A stretch of 64,000 bases of DNA, from positions 3,738-67,737 of the IMG/VR virus record IMGVR_UViG_3300046812_000216; one strand, written 5' to 3'. The DNA comes from a virus. Below the pieces are notes generated by a model, which saw nothing but the letters and a program-made list of their open reading frames with translations, ran no database searches and had not been told where the DNA came from. Positions 55,201 to 64,000 of the stretch are shown here, in pieces (within the stretch, counting starts at the first letter, position 1; every line of letters begins with the position of its first letter). Made by a program: the position numbers and the translations under genes.

Positions 55201-55668
55201 ATGGGTGCGACACACTTCACGGGGCCGGTTATCACGGGCGACCTTTCCCAAGGTCAGGTAGGCGGTCCAAATCAAGGCTTCATCGAGTCCTATCAGGATA
55301 TCATCATCCTGAACCCCGGACCCGGCAATCAGGACTACGTGCTCAACATCCCGGCTGGCTCGGTGATCATGGGCTTCGAAGTTGCGACGTTCACGGCTTG
55401 GAACAACGCCACTTCCGCCACGATGCTTCTTGGAAAGACAGTCGGTGGCTCGGAATATGCCACCGTCACCGACCTGAAAGCGGCGGCTCCGTTCCCGGCG
55501 ATGGTTCAGAACGCTGCGCAGATTGCCGCCCAGCGCGGATACACAGCGCTTGGCGTGGCTGCGCCGGTCACTGGGCCGATCAATATTCGCGTCACTTCCG
55601 TTGGCGCTGGCACCGCTGGTTCAGCGCTGGTGTCCGTCCACTATGTCCAGACCACGTCATCGAGCTAA
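55201..55668 (+). CDS. Virion structural protein
   Basis: MGATHFTGPV start; beta-rich. Confidence 0.65.
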   Translation: MGATHFTGPVITGDLSQGQVGGPNQGFIESYQDIIILNPGPGNQDYVLNIPAGSVIMGFEVATFTAWNNATSATMLLGKTVGGSEYATVTDLKAAAPFPAMVQNAAQIAAQRGYTALGVAAPVTGPINIRVTSVGAGTAGSALVSVHYVQTTSSS

Positions 55669-55680
55669 GGGGCGCCTGAC

Positions 55681-55986
55681 ATGAAAACAACTGCACGCAA
55701 ATTCGGCGGCCCGACCAAGGGCGACGAGGTCGAGAAGAAAGACATGAAAAACAAGGAAATGTCTCACTCCGAGAAGGAGAGCGAGATCCACGGCGAAGCC
55801 GACGCCATGAGCGCCAAGAAGGGCAAGAAGAAACAGGTCGGAGGCCCGGTTGGCGCGACAGCGCGCAAGCATGGCGGCCGGGCGGCGAGAGCCAGCGGCG
55901 GCGGATGCGAGTCGAACCCGTTCACCTCGGCGCGAGCCGGGACTGCGGCGCCGGGCAGGAAGCTGCAAAAGACCACGATGGACTAA
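55681..55986 (+). CDS. Small basic protein with xxGG motifs
   Basis: RKFGG, KQVGG, RKHGG, RASGG. Confidence 0.65.
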   Translation: MKTTARKFGGPTKGDEVEKKDMKNKEMSHSEKESEIHGEADAMSAKKGKKKQVGGPVGATARKHGGRAARASGGGCESNPFTSARAGTAAPGRKLQKTTMD

Positions 55987-56045
55987 GCAGTCCGGTCTGA
56001 AAACAGGGGCCGAAGTGGCCCCTGAACCTTATTTGGGAGCACGCC

Positions 56046-56708
56046 ATGGGCCGTCCGATTGTCGTCACCGCCGCGCCGCTCGCCGCAGCCGTCGCCAATG
56101 GCATCGTCCTATCGACGGCTCCGCCGCTTGGTGTCGTGCCTCTGACAGGCTCCAAGGTGGTCAATGGCGTCGCCGTGCTCGATCAGGCCCGCCAGATCGC
56201 CTTCGCCTCCACCGGCAACAATTCCAACACCACCTTCACGATCACCGGCACTGACGCCTTTGGCGCGCCGCAGAGCGAGGCCGTGGTCGGCGGCAACATC
56301 GCCACGGTCGTCACCACCAAGAATTACAAGACGGTCACTTCGATCACCAGTTCAGCCGCGAGCGTCGCGGGCCTGACGGTCGGCACCAACTCCAGCCCGG
56401 CGATCACATCGTCCGGCTGGGTGCGCTTCGACACTTGGAACATGGCTGGCGTCGCCCTTCAGGTGACCGCCAACGGCACCGTCAATTACACGGTGCAGCA
56501 GACCCTCGACGACCCCAACAGCCCGACTGATCCAGTCCTCCCGGCGAACGTGACGTGGGTGGCGCATCCCGACGCCACGCTGGTCGGCGCGACAACATCG
56601 CTACAAGGCAATTATGCCTACACGCCGACCTTCGCGCGCGTGCTGCTCAACAGCGGCACCGGCACGGTCACCGCGACCTTCATCCAGCCAGACAGCGGAA
56701 ACTACTGA
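56046..56708 (+). CDS. Virion structural protein
   Basis: Thr/Val-rich beta protein in the head-tail region. Confidence 0.65.
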   Translation: MGRPIVVTAAPLAAAVANGIVLSTAPPLGVVPLTGSKVVNGVAVLDQARQIAFASTGNNSNTTFTITGTDAFGAPQSEAVVGGNIATVVTTKNYKTVTSITSSAASVAGLTVGTNSSPAITSSGWVRFDTWNMAGVALQVTANGTVNYTVQQTLDDPNSPTDPVLPANVTWVAHPDATLVGATTSLQGNYAYTPTFARVLLNSGTGTVTATFIQPDSGNY

Positions 56709-56867
56709 TGGCGAACCAAGGGCTCTCGAACGGTAAGCACAAGCTGGCCTCGTCGCCCGGCCTCGCGAGCTTCAAGGGATTGGGCAACAGCATAGGGTTT
56801 GGAAGCCTCGTTCTGGTTCCTGCGGAAAAATCCGTTACTATGAAAACGGAACCAAAAGGAGCGCACG

Positions 56868-57563
56868 ATGCCCCTCGGCGGAAACAGTGGAACATATAGC
56901 TACGCGCCCGGCCTAGGCGACATCGTCCTCTATTCCTACGGCCTCTGCGGCGTCAGGCGCACCCAGATCCTCCAAGAGCACATGCAGGACGCCCACATGG
57001 CGTCGAACCTGTTGCTGGCCGACTGGAGCCTCAAGGGCATCAATCTCTGGCAAGTGGACAAGATCGAGATCGACCTCGTCGAGGGCCAATCCACCTACAA
57101 CCTCGATCCCGACATCGTCGTCATGCTGGACACCTACGTGACGACTGGCGCGCCCGAAGCTCTGATCGACCGCATCATCTTGCCGGTCGGCCGCACAGAA
57201 TATGCCAGCTATCCCAACAAGGAGCAGCAGGGCTTCCCCACCGTCTTCTGGATGAACCGCCAGCTTGCGCCCACCGTGAGCCTGTGGCCGGTCCCCAACG
57301 GCGAGCAGCCGACCATGGTGTCCTATGTGCTGCGGCAGGCGCAGGACGCCGATTTTGACAACGCCCAGACCCCGGCGATCCCCAATGTCTGGCTCAACGC
57401 CTTTGCTGTCGGCCTTGCCGAGAAGCTGGCGATGTCGTGGGCGCCGGAGCGCCTCGCCTTCCTGTCCGGCGCAGCCAAGGCGGCCTATGACGCCGCAGCC
57501 GCCAACAACGTCGAAACCGCGCAGCAATACATCGCGCCGCAACTCGGCGGCTATTACAGGTGA
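56868..57563 (+). CDS. Head-tail adaptor/tail tubular protein
   Basis: NLLLADWSLKGINLW...EYASYPNKEQQGFP...LWPVP...GLAEKLA. Confidence 0.7.
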   Translation: MPLGGNSGTYSYAPGLGDIVLYSYGLCGVRRTQILQEHMQDAHMASNLLLADWSLKGINLWQVDKIEIDLVEGQSTYNLDPDIVVMLDTYVTTGAPEALIDRIILPVGRTEYASYPNKEQQGFPTVFWMNRQLAPTVSLWPVPNGEQPTMVSYVLRQAQDADFDNAQTPAIPNVWLNAFAVGLAEKLAMSWAPERLAFLSGAAKAAYDAAAANNVETAQQYIAPQLGGYYR

Positions 57564-57573
57564 GGATCGAGCC

Positions 57574-58077
57574 GTGGGCTATGCGTCAAAGCTCGGCAGA
57601 GCCAAGATCAGTTCCAAGAGCCCGCAGGCCGCAGCCGTATGCGACCGCTGCGGCGGCGTCTTCAACCACGTCGATCTCCAATGGCAGATGGACTGGGCAG
57701 GCGCGGCGCTGATCAACAAGCGCCTGCTGGTCTGCCACGCCTGCCTCGACGACCCCCAGCAGCAATTGCGCGCCATTGTCGTTCCGGCCGACCCGATGCC
57801 GATCATGAACCCGCGCGTGCAGGACTATCGACTGGCGGAAAGGAACGCCCGGCAGGCCAGCGGCTACAACACGGTCGATAAGCGCACCGGAATTCCGATC
57901 CCCGGCGGGCCGACCCGCACCACGCAAGTTGACGACACCCGCGTCACGCAGCAGACCGGCGAGCCGCCGGGCGGCCTGAATCAACGTCCCGGCACCGATC
58001 CAAATGCGCCGGGCAATAGCGATCCGGGCCTGCCCTACGACAATGTGGATGTTCCAAACACGGGGCCGCTCAAATAA
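57574..58077 (+). CDS. Hypothetical Zn-finger-like virion-associated protein
   Basis: CDRCG...[13 protein letters not shown]. Confidence 0.65.
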   Translation: MGYASKLGRAKISSKSPQAAAVCDRCGGVFNHVDLQWQMDWAGAALINKRLLVCHACLDDPQQQLRAIVVPADPMPIMNPRVQDYRLAERNARQASGYNTVDKRTGIPIPGGPTRTTQVDDTRVTQQTGEPPGGLNQRPGTDPNAPGNSDPGLPYDNVDVPNTGPLK

Positions 58078-59900
58078 TGGCAAACGTCCAAATCCCCAAC
58101 CTCCCCGTCGCCTTGTCGCTTTCCGGCGACGAATCAATCGAGATTGTGCAGGGCGGCGCCTCGATGCGCGCCACCACGCAGCAAATGGCCGACTTGTCCA
58201 CGAAAGGTCCGGTAGGCCCGCCGGGGCCGACAGGACCAACGGGGCCGACAGGACCAACGGGGCCGACAGGACCGCAAGGCGCGCCGGGCGCCGCAGGCAA
58301 TCCCGGCGGAACGGCTGGTCAGGTCCAATACAACAATGCTGGCACTTTCGCCGGATTTACGATGAGCGGCGATGGCACGCTGGTCGCTTCGACCGGCGTC
58401 ATCACGGTCACCAAGACCGGCGGCGTGAATTTCGGCCCCTACGCCACGGCGCTGACGCTCCCTGTGTTCACCAGCGGCGCGGCTGGCGTGGTCCCTGCGT
58501 CAGGCGGCGGCACCGCCAACTTCATGCGCGCGGATGGCGCGTGGGCTCCTCCTTCGGCCTCGACGGCGGCTGGCGGCACCAATGGGCAGATTCAGGTTAA
58601 CAGTTCCGGCTCGTTGGCTGGCGTGACGCAAAATGGAACGGGCCAGCCGGTCGGTTCTAACGGTGCTGCGAGCGTGGTTTTCGGGACGCCCGCCACCGTC
58701 AGCAGCGCCTCCGCCAACGCCGTGTTTTTTCTCGCCAAGTCCACGGGCGCGTTCAGCAATCTGGTGACAGGCCTTTCGAACAGCAATCCGCGCTGGAGCA
58801 CGGTTCTTGGCGACTCCACGGCGGAATCCGGCTCCAACACCGGGTCTAATTTCGCCCTCACGCGCTATACCGATGCTGGCGGCGTCATCGACAACCCAAT
58901 TTCAGTCAACCGCGCCACCGGGCAGGCGACATTCGCGCAGCCGATCAATGCGCCCGGTCTGGACATGCGCAACCGGCTGATAAACGGTGATTTTCGTTTT
59001 GATCAGCGCAATAACTACGGAACAGTAACCCCCGTGGACGGAAATTTTGTAGCCGATAGGTGGAAGTTCAGCGCGTCACAGGCCAGCAAGCTTTCCTCGG
59101 CAGCAGTGAACAACAGCGGCCTTGCCTTGATTGGCGGCGAATTCCAGACTTATCTCGAAATGACGGTGCTGTCTGCGGCCACGATTGTCACTGGCGATCA
59201 CTTCGGCCTCTTCCAAATCATCGAAGGGGTTTACTGGTACGACCTTGGCTTTGGCTTGTCTGGCGCGAAGCCGGTAGCGTTCTCTTTCTGGGTCAACACC
59301 ACCGTTACCGGCACGCATTCCGGGTCGATTCGGAATGATGACGCTTCCAGATCATACCCGTTCACATTTTCGGTTCCGACAGCCAATGTATGGACAAAGA
59401 TCGTCGTTCCCATAGCAGGGGATACCGGCTCGACATGGCAGGGGTTCACCAACGGGGCGGCGGCCATCTTTGCAATCAACCTCGGAGCCGGAGCGACATA
59501 TCAAGCCCCAGCAGGCTTCTGGGGGAACGGCAACTACGTCGCGGCATCCGGCTCCGTCAACGTGGTGGCGAATGCGGCTGCGAAGTTCAGGATCACGGGT
59601 CTTCAAATTGAGCAGGGTTTGACAGCGACGGCGTTCGAAAGAAGGCCATATGCAGAAGAATTGCGGATGTGCCAAAGGTACTACCAACAAGTTGTGTTCC
59701 TTATTTTTAATGGAGCGTGGCCTACAGCACTTAACATACTATCTCTTAAAGTTACCATGCGCGTCCCACCTAATGTAACGGTATCTGCATTAGGTTCTGG
59801 CAGCGGGGCGGCGTTTGGTGTTAGTTCGGAATACATATACCAGAACGCAGCCAACTCCGTACCAACTACTGCAACACTGTTAATAAGCTCGGAGATGTGA
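58077..59900 (+). CDS. Tail fibre protein 1 (collagen-like segment, C-terminal receptor-binding-type domain)
   Basis: GPT repeats; RNRLINGDF...[17 protein letters not shown]. Confidence 0.8.
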   Translation: MANVQIPNLPVALSLSGDESIEIVQGGASMRATTQQMADLSTKGPVGPPGPTGPTGPTGPTGPTGPQGAPGAAGNPGGTAGQVQYNNAGTFAGFTMSGDGTLVASTGVITVTKTGGVNFGPYATALTLPVFTSGAAGVVPASGGGTANFMRADGAWAPPSASTAAGGTNGQIQVNSSGSLAGVTQNGTGQPVGSNGAASVVFGTPATVSSASANAVFFLAKSTGAFSNLVTGLSNSNPRWSTVLGDSTAESGSNTGSNFALTRYTDAGGVIDNPISVNRATGQATFAQPINAPGLDMRNRLINGDFRFDQRNNYGTVTPVDGNFVADRWKFSASQASKLSSAAVNNSGLALIGGEFQTYLEMTVLSAATIVTGDHFGLFQIIEGVYWYDLGFGLSGAKPVAFSFWVNTTVTGTHSGSIRNDDASRSYPFTFSVPTANVWTKIVVPIAGDTGSTWQGFTNGAAAIFAINLGAGATYQAPAGFWGNGNYVAASGSVNVVANAAAKFRITGLQIEQGLTATAFERRPYAEELRMCQRYYQQVVFLIFNGAWPTALNILSLKVTMRVPPNVTVSALGSGSGAAFGVSSEYIYQNAANSVPTTATLLISSEM

Positions 59901-59901
59901 C

Positions 59902-60612
59902 ATGGATGCCGCAGACATCCTCAATCTCCCGGTCGCCACCTCCCTGTCCGGCGACGAATTCATCGAGGTGGTTCAGGCCGGAACCCTTCACCGCGCCACG
60001 GTCAAGCATTTCAGCAAAAGGCTGCTTGAAGCCAACGGCCCTCTTCCGGGGGTTATTCTTCTGGACGGCCGGGAAGGCCCGCAGGGAGGCACAGGACCGG
60101 CAGGACCACCCGGCCCGCTAGGTCCACACGGGCCGCCCGGCGGCCCCGGCCCGCAGGGCGTCGCTGGCCCTCCGGGGCCAACTTTCATTCCGGCCTCCGG
60201 CGCCGTGATCCGCTCATGGTCGGTCTACGACAGCAATCGGCATTTGTTCAAGGAGCGCTATTTTTTGGGCTCCGATTACCAGAAGAAAAATTTCTACCCG
60301 CAACTGATGCTCGCGCCTGCCGTGTCGGCCATTGGCAACCGGTTGCGGCTGCGGGCCAAGATCTGGTGCAGCGGCACGGACACCGATTGCGTCATCAATG
60401 GCGGCTTGTTCCTGAACGGAACAAAGGCGGTGAGCGTTGCGCGCGCCTTCGCTGACGCGCCGCTGCTGTTCGACTATGAAATCATCCCGACCGTCATGAC
60501 GCCGCAGATGTTCTCTTTCTGCGTCGGCACGGCTGAGAGCGGCGCTGATTGCATTGTCAATGTGCCGCACCTAGTCCAGAGTTGCCTCGTGATCGAGGAG
60601 ATACAAGCGTGA
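59902..60612 (+). CDS. Tail fibre-associated collagen-like protein
   Basis: GPP repeats; N-terminal module shared with its neighbours. Confidence 0.7.
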   Translation: MDAADILNLPVATSLSGDEFIEVVQAGTLHRATVKHFSKRLLEANGPLPGVILLDGREGPQGGTGPAGPPGPLGPHGPPGGPGPQGVAGPPGPTFIPASGAVIRSWSVYDSNRHLFKERYFLGSDYQKKNFYPQLMLAPAVSAIGNRLRLRAKIWCSGTDTDCVINGGLFLNGTKAVSVARAFADAPLLFDYEIIPTVMTPQMFSFCVGTAESGADCIVNVPHLVQSCLVIEEIQA

Positions 60613-63600
60613 GCGATGTCCAGATCCCAAACCTTCCCGCCGCGTCTTCCTTGTCAGGCCAAGAGCAGATCGAAGTCGTGCAGGATGGCGTCTCGGTGCG
60701 CGCATCGACATCGCAGATGCTTGACCTGTTCACTCTTCCTCTCGCCTCCGACGTTCTGCCGTCAATGGATGGAACGGCGAATGCGGGCGGCAGCATAAAT
60801 TACGCGCGCGGCGACCATGTTCACCCGTCCGACACCTCGCGCTATGCCGCCAGCAACCCGGCGGGATATCAGACGGCGGCGCAAGTCACCGCCACGCTGG
60901 TCCCCTACGCCAAGATCGACTCGCAGATATTCACCGGCACGCCGTCTCTGCCAACCGGGACCGCCGCCGTCACGCAGGCGCCGGGCGATAGCTCTGCCAA
61001 GATCGCCACCACCGCTTTCGTCGGCGCAGCGACCGGGGCGCTCGGCCTCGGCACGATGGCGACCCAAAACGCCAATAGCGTCGCGATCACGGGCGGCGCG
61101 ATCAACGGCACGACGGTCGGCGCGACCACGGCGAGCACGGGCGCCTTCACCACATTGAGCGCCACCACCAGCGCCAATTTCACCACGTCCGGCACAGTCA
61201 CCATCAATCCGGCAACGCTCGGCGCGATGAACAATGTGACCATTGGCGCAACCACGCCTGCGGCTGGCACTTTCACCAACCTAACCGCGTCCGGCACGGT
61301 TTCCGGCGCCGGATTCACCACGCTGCTCTCGACCTACGCCAAGATCGACTCGCAGGCCTTCACCGGCACGCCTAGCCTGCCGACTGGCACGACCGGCATC
61401 ACGCAGGCGACGGCCGACAACTCGACCAAGCTGGCGACCACGGCCTACGTCAAGGCGCAGGGCTACGCGACCACCGCGTCCCTTGGCACCATGTCCACCC
61501 AGAACGCTAATGCCGTCGCCATCACCGGAGGCGCGATAGACGGCACGCCTATCGGGGCCACGACGCGCAGCAGCGGCGCTTTCACCACGCTGGCGGCCAA
61601 TGGCGCAGCCACGTTCACAAACTCGCTGACGGCCTCGCCAGCCAACGCCAACGTCACGTTCTCACCTACCGGCACCGGCACGGTCACCGTCAATCCGGCC
61701 ACGCTCGGCCACGTCGATAACACGGCAGTTGGCGCGACGACGCCCAGCACGGGCGCCTTCACCACGCTGGTCGCCACCTCGATCAACAGCACGCCCATTG
61801 GAGCCACGACGCCCAGCACGGGCGCTTTCACCACTTTGAGCGCCACCAGCACGGCGACGTTCACGGGCGCGTTGACGGCCTCGCCAGCTAACCTGTCGGT
61901 CACCTTCTCGCCCACCGGCACCGGCACGGTCACCATCAATCCGGCGACGACCGGCAACATCAACAATATGACCATCGGCGCGACCACGGCGGCGGCTGGC
62001 ACCTTTACCAATTTGACCGCGACCGGCACGGTGGGCGGCGCTGGCTTCACCACGCTGCTGACGCCCTACGCGCTGGTCAATTCTCAGGTCTTCACCGGGA
62101 CGCCCAGCCTGCCGACAGGCACCATTGGCGTCACGCAGGCGGCTGCCACCAATAACACGACGCTGGCGACCACGGCTTATGTGAAGTCGCAGAACTACCT
62201 GACCGCCAACCAGACCATCACGCTTTCGGGCGATGTCACCGGATCTGGCGCTGCGGCCATCGCGGCGACGGTTGTGCAGCTTCAGGGCCGACCGCTGTCG
62301 GCTTCTCTGCCCGCCACCGGCAACCTGATGGGCTGGAACGGCACGACGTGGGGTCCGGTCGCGGCTGGCGCGGCTGCGGCGGGCGGCACCGCCAACCAGA
62401 TCCAGTACAACAATGGCGGCGTCCTCGGCGGCCTTCCCACCACTGGCACGTTCGCTGGCAGCAATGTGGTGTTGAGCATCGCTCCCCTTATCTCAAACAG
62501 CCTGAATATCACCAGCGCCGCTGGCACCGCCTCGCTTACGATGAGCAAGTTTACCGGCGCCTTCAGCAACATGATCCTCGGCAGGACAAACGCGCTCAAT
62601 CGGTGGGCGCTCGGCGTCGGCAACAACACCGCTGAAACCGGATCAGCCAATGTCGGCACGGATTTCACGCTCGACCGCTACGATGATGCAGGCAACTTTA
62701 TCGACCGCCCGCTCTCGATCTACAGGACCGATGGACACGCCAACTTCTCCGTAAACGCCACGTTCCCGGCAGGCATCACCGCCGGTAGCTCCACTTTCAA
62801 CAACGCCTTCACAATAGCTCCTTCGGGCGCCACCAGCGCCATTCTCACGCTGAACAAGTCGTCTGGCAGCACCGGGGTTATAGCTGCCGTTGAGGGGCAG
62901 ACTGTCGGGTCGCGGCGCTGGCTGACGATACTGGGCAACGGCACCACGGAAGGCGGCAGCAATGCTGGCTCCGATTTCCTGATCAATCGCTATTCTGACA
63001 CGGCGGTGTTCATCGACACGCCCTTCCAGATTATCCGCTCGACCGGCGTCGCCACCTTTTCTAAAACGATAATATCCGCCGGGGTAACAATCACCAGCCC
63101 AGCGGCGACCGACGCCATCCTGATTCTCAACAAGCCGGTCGCGACCCAGAACAACGTCATATACGGCCAGAAAGCTGGCGCGGCCCGGTGGGGCATGGCG
63201 CTCGGCAACGCCACGGCGGAAAGCGGCAGCGACAAGGGCAGCGATTTCGCCATCAACAACTGGTCTGACGCCGGGGCGATCCTCGGCACCCCGCTACAGA
63301 TACTCCGCACTGGCGGCTACACCTATCTGAACGGTAACGGCGCGACGCTGATTTCCAACACTTTTGAAGTTGCGCCTTACGGCCACACCGCCCTGCGTAT
63401 GAACAAGGCCGGGTCAGGCAAGACCAATGTCATCTCCGGCATGAACAACGGCCTATCTCGCTGGAACATGGAGCTAGGCGACAGCACGACGGAAAGCGCC
63501 GGTAGCGGGTCTGATTTTATCATATCGCGCTGCAACGACGCCGGAACATTGCTTGACACCGCGTTCAAGATCGCCCGCTCGACCGCACAAGCCAACTTTT

Positions 63601-64000
63601 CGGGCGCGATAGTCACCACCGCCGGAATTGCAACCCTCGCGCCCCCGACTGGCGACGCCGCCCTCTACTTGGCTAAATCAGGGTCCGCCAAAACCAACCT
63701 CGTTGTCGGGCAAACCGGCGCATTTAATCGCTGGTTCATGGCGATGGGCGACAATACAGCGGAAAGCGGCGGCAACGCCGGTTCTAACTTTGCTCTGTCC
63801 CGCTTCAATGACGCTGGAGTTTACATAGACACCCCATTTTTTATTAACCGCAATGATGCCACTGTTGGATTTTCCAGCACTGTTACGGCTAATGCTTTCA
63901 AAGCAAGCGGTCCTTACGCGTTACAGGTTACTGGTCTGGAAGTTGGCTCCGGGCCAACGTCCTACACTCAGTACCCCGCTATATGTAATCCATCTTATGG
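60609..64000 (+). CDS. Long tail fibre protein (3' truncated; absent from the ORF track)
   Basis: GTG start [27 protein letters not shown]; the frame appears open to the window end. [11 protein letters not shown] and IGATT repeats, then five RW..LG..TAESG...GS.F...RY.DAG modules. Confidence 0.85.
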   Translation, partial: MSDVQIPNLPAASSLSGQEQIEVVQDGVSVRASTSQMLDLFTLPLASDVLPSMDGTANAGGSINYARGDHVHPSDTSRYAASNPAGYQTAAQVTATLVPYAKIDSQIFTGTPSLPTGTAAVTQAPGDSSAKIATTAFVGAATGALGLGTMATQNANSVAITGGAINGTTVGATTASTGAFTTLSATTSANFTTSGTVTINPATLGAMNNVTIGATTPAAGTFTNLTASGTVSGAGFTTLLSTYAKIDSQAFTGTPSLPTGTTGITQATADNSTKLATTAYVKAQGYATTASLGTMSTQNANAVAITGGAIDGTPIGATTRSSGAFTTLAANGAATFTNSLTASPANANVTFSPTGTGTVTVNPATLGHVDNTAVGATTPSTGAFTTLVATSINSTPIGATTPSTGAFTTLSATSTATFTGALTASPANLSVTFSPTGTGTVTINPATTGNINNMTIGATTAAAGTFTNLTATGTVGGAGFTTLLTPYALVNSQVFTGTPSLPTGTIGVTQAAATNNTTLATTAYVKSQNYLTANQTITLSGDVTGSGAAAIAATVVQLQGRPLSASLPATGNLMGWNGTTWGPVAAGAAAAGGTANQIQYNNGGVLGGLPTTGTFAGSNVVLSIAPLISNSLNITSAAGTASLTMSKFTGAFSNMILGRTNALNRWALGVGNNTAETGSANVGTDFTLDRYDDAGNFIDRPLSIYRTDGHANFSVNATFPAGITAGSSTFNNAFTIAPSGATSAILTLNKSSGSTGVIAAVEGQTVGSRRWLTILGNGTTEGGSNAGSDFLINRYSDTAVFIDTPFQIIRSTGVATFSKTIISAGVTITSPAATDAILILNKPVATQNNVIYGQKAGAARWGMALGNATAESGSDKGSDFAINNWSDAGAILGTPLQILRTGGYTYLNGNGATLISNTFEVAPYGHTALRMNKAGSGKTNVISGMNNGLSRWNMELGDSTTESAGSGSDFIISRCNDAGTLLDTAFKIARSTAQANFSGAIVTTAGIATLAPPTGDAALYLAKSGSAKTNLVVGQTGAFNRWFMAMGDNTAESGGNAGSNFALSRFNDAGVYIDTPFFINRNDATVGFSSTVTANAFKASGPYALQVTGLEVGSGPTSYTQYPAICNPSY

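Noticed and set aside
59690-59900. DGR variable region at the AT-rich tail fibre tip
   Set aside because: No reverse transcriptase and no template-repeat copy seen in the window.
1-64000. tRNA/rRNA genes
   Set aside because: No cloverleaf or rRNA-like sequence recognised by eye; tRNAscan was not run.

Overview
This window is most of a high-GC tailed dsDNA phage genome, probably podovirus-like, with an Alphaproteobacterial host inferred from phage-encoded GcrA and GapR homologues. It starts and ends inside virion genes. Layout: tail/ejection genes (1-11.6 kb, +); minus-strand middle genes (11.6-22.7 kb: GcrA, MazG, SSB, PD-(D/E)XK nuclease); replication and modification genes (22.8-29.4 kb, +: MT-A70, RuvC-like, primase-helicase, iteron-like repeats); small minus-strand early genes behind repeated sigma70-like promoters (29.4-37.6 kb); and packaging, head and tail genes (37.7-64 kb, +). 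No integrase was seen. The main finding is at 20.2-22.7 kb. A lone Cas7/RAMP-like gene is followed by a hairpin and a 1.3 kb non-coding array of 25 units. Each unit is made of 5-nt GGY-NN repeats, and units are separated by GGCAGGC, so every unit length is 5n+4. Two solo units lie at 1781 and 23552. Reading only the variable NN dinucleotides and skipping every third target base, two units give near-matches to codon positions 1-2 of the gene next to them (16/18 and 16/20 nt). This points to an RNA-guided system with a gapped recognition code, probably aimed at related phages. Other notable features are a recurrent basic-x-x-GG motif across several putative virion proteins, AT-rich synonymous patches in core genes, and candidate anti-defence sponge genes. 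All family calls are by eye from motifs; no searches were run.
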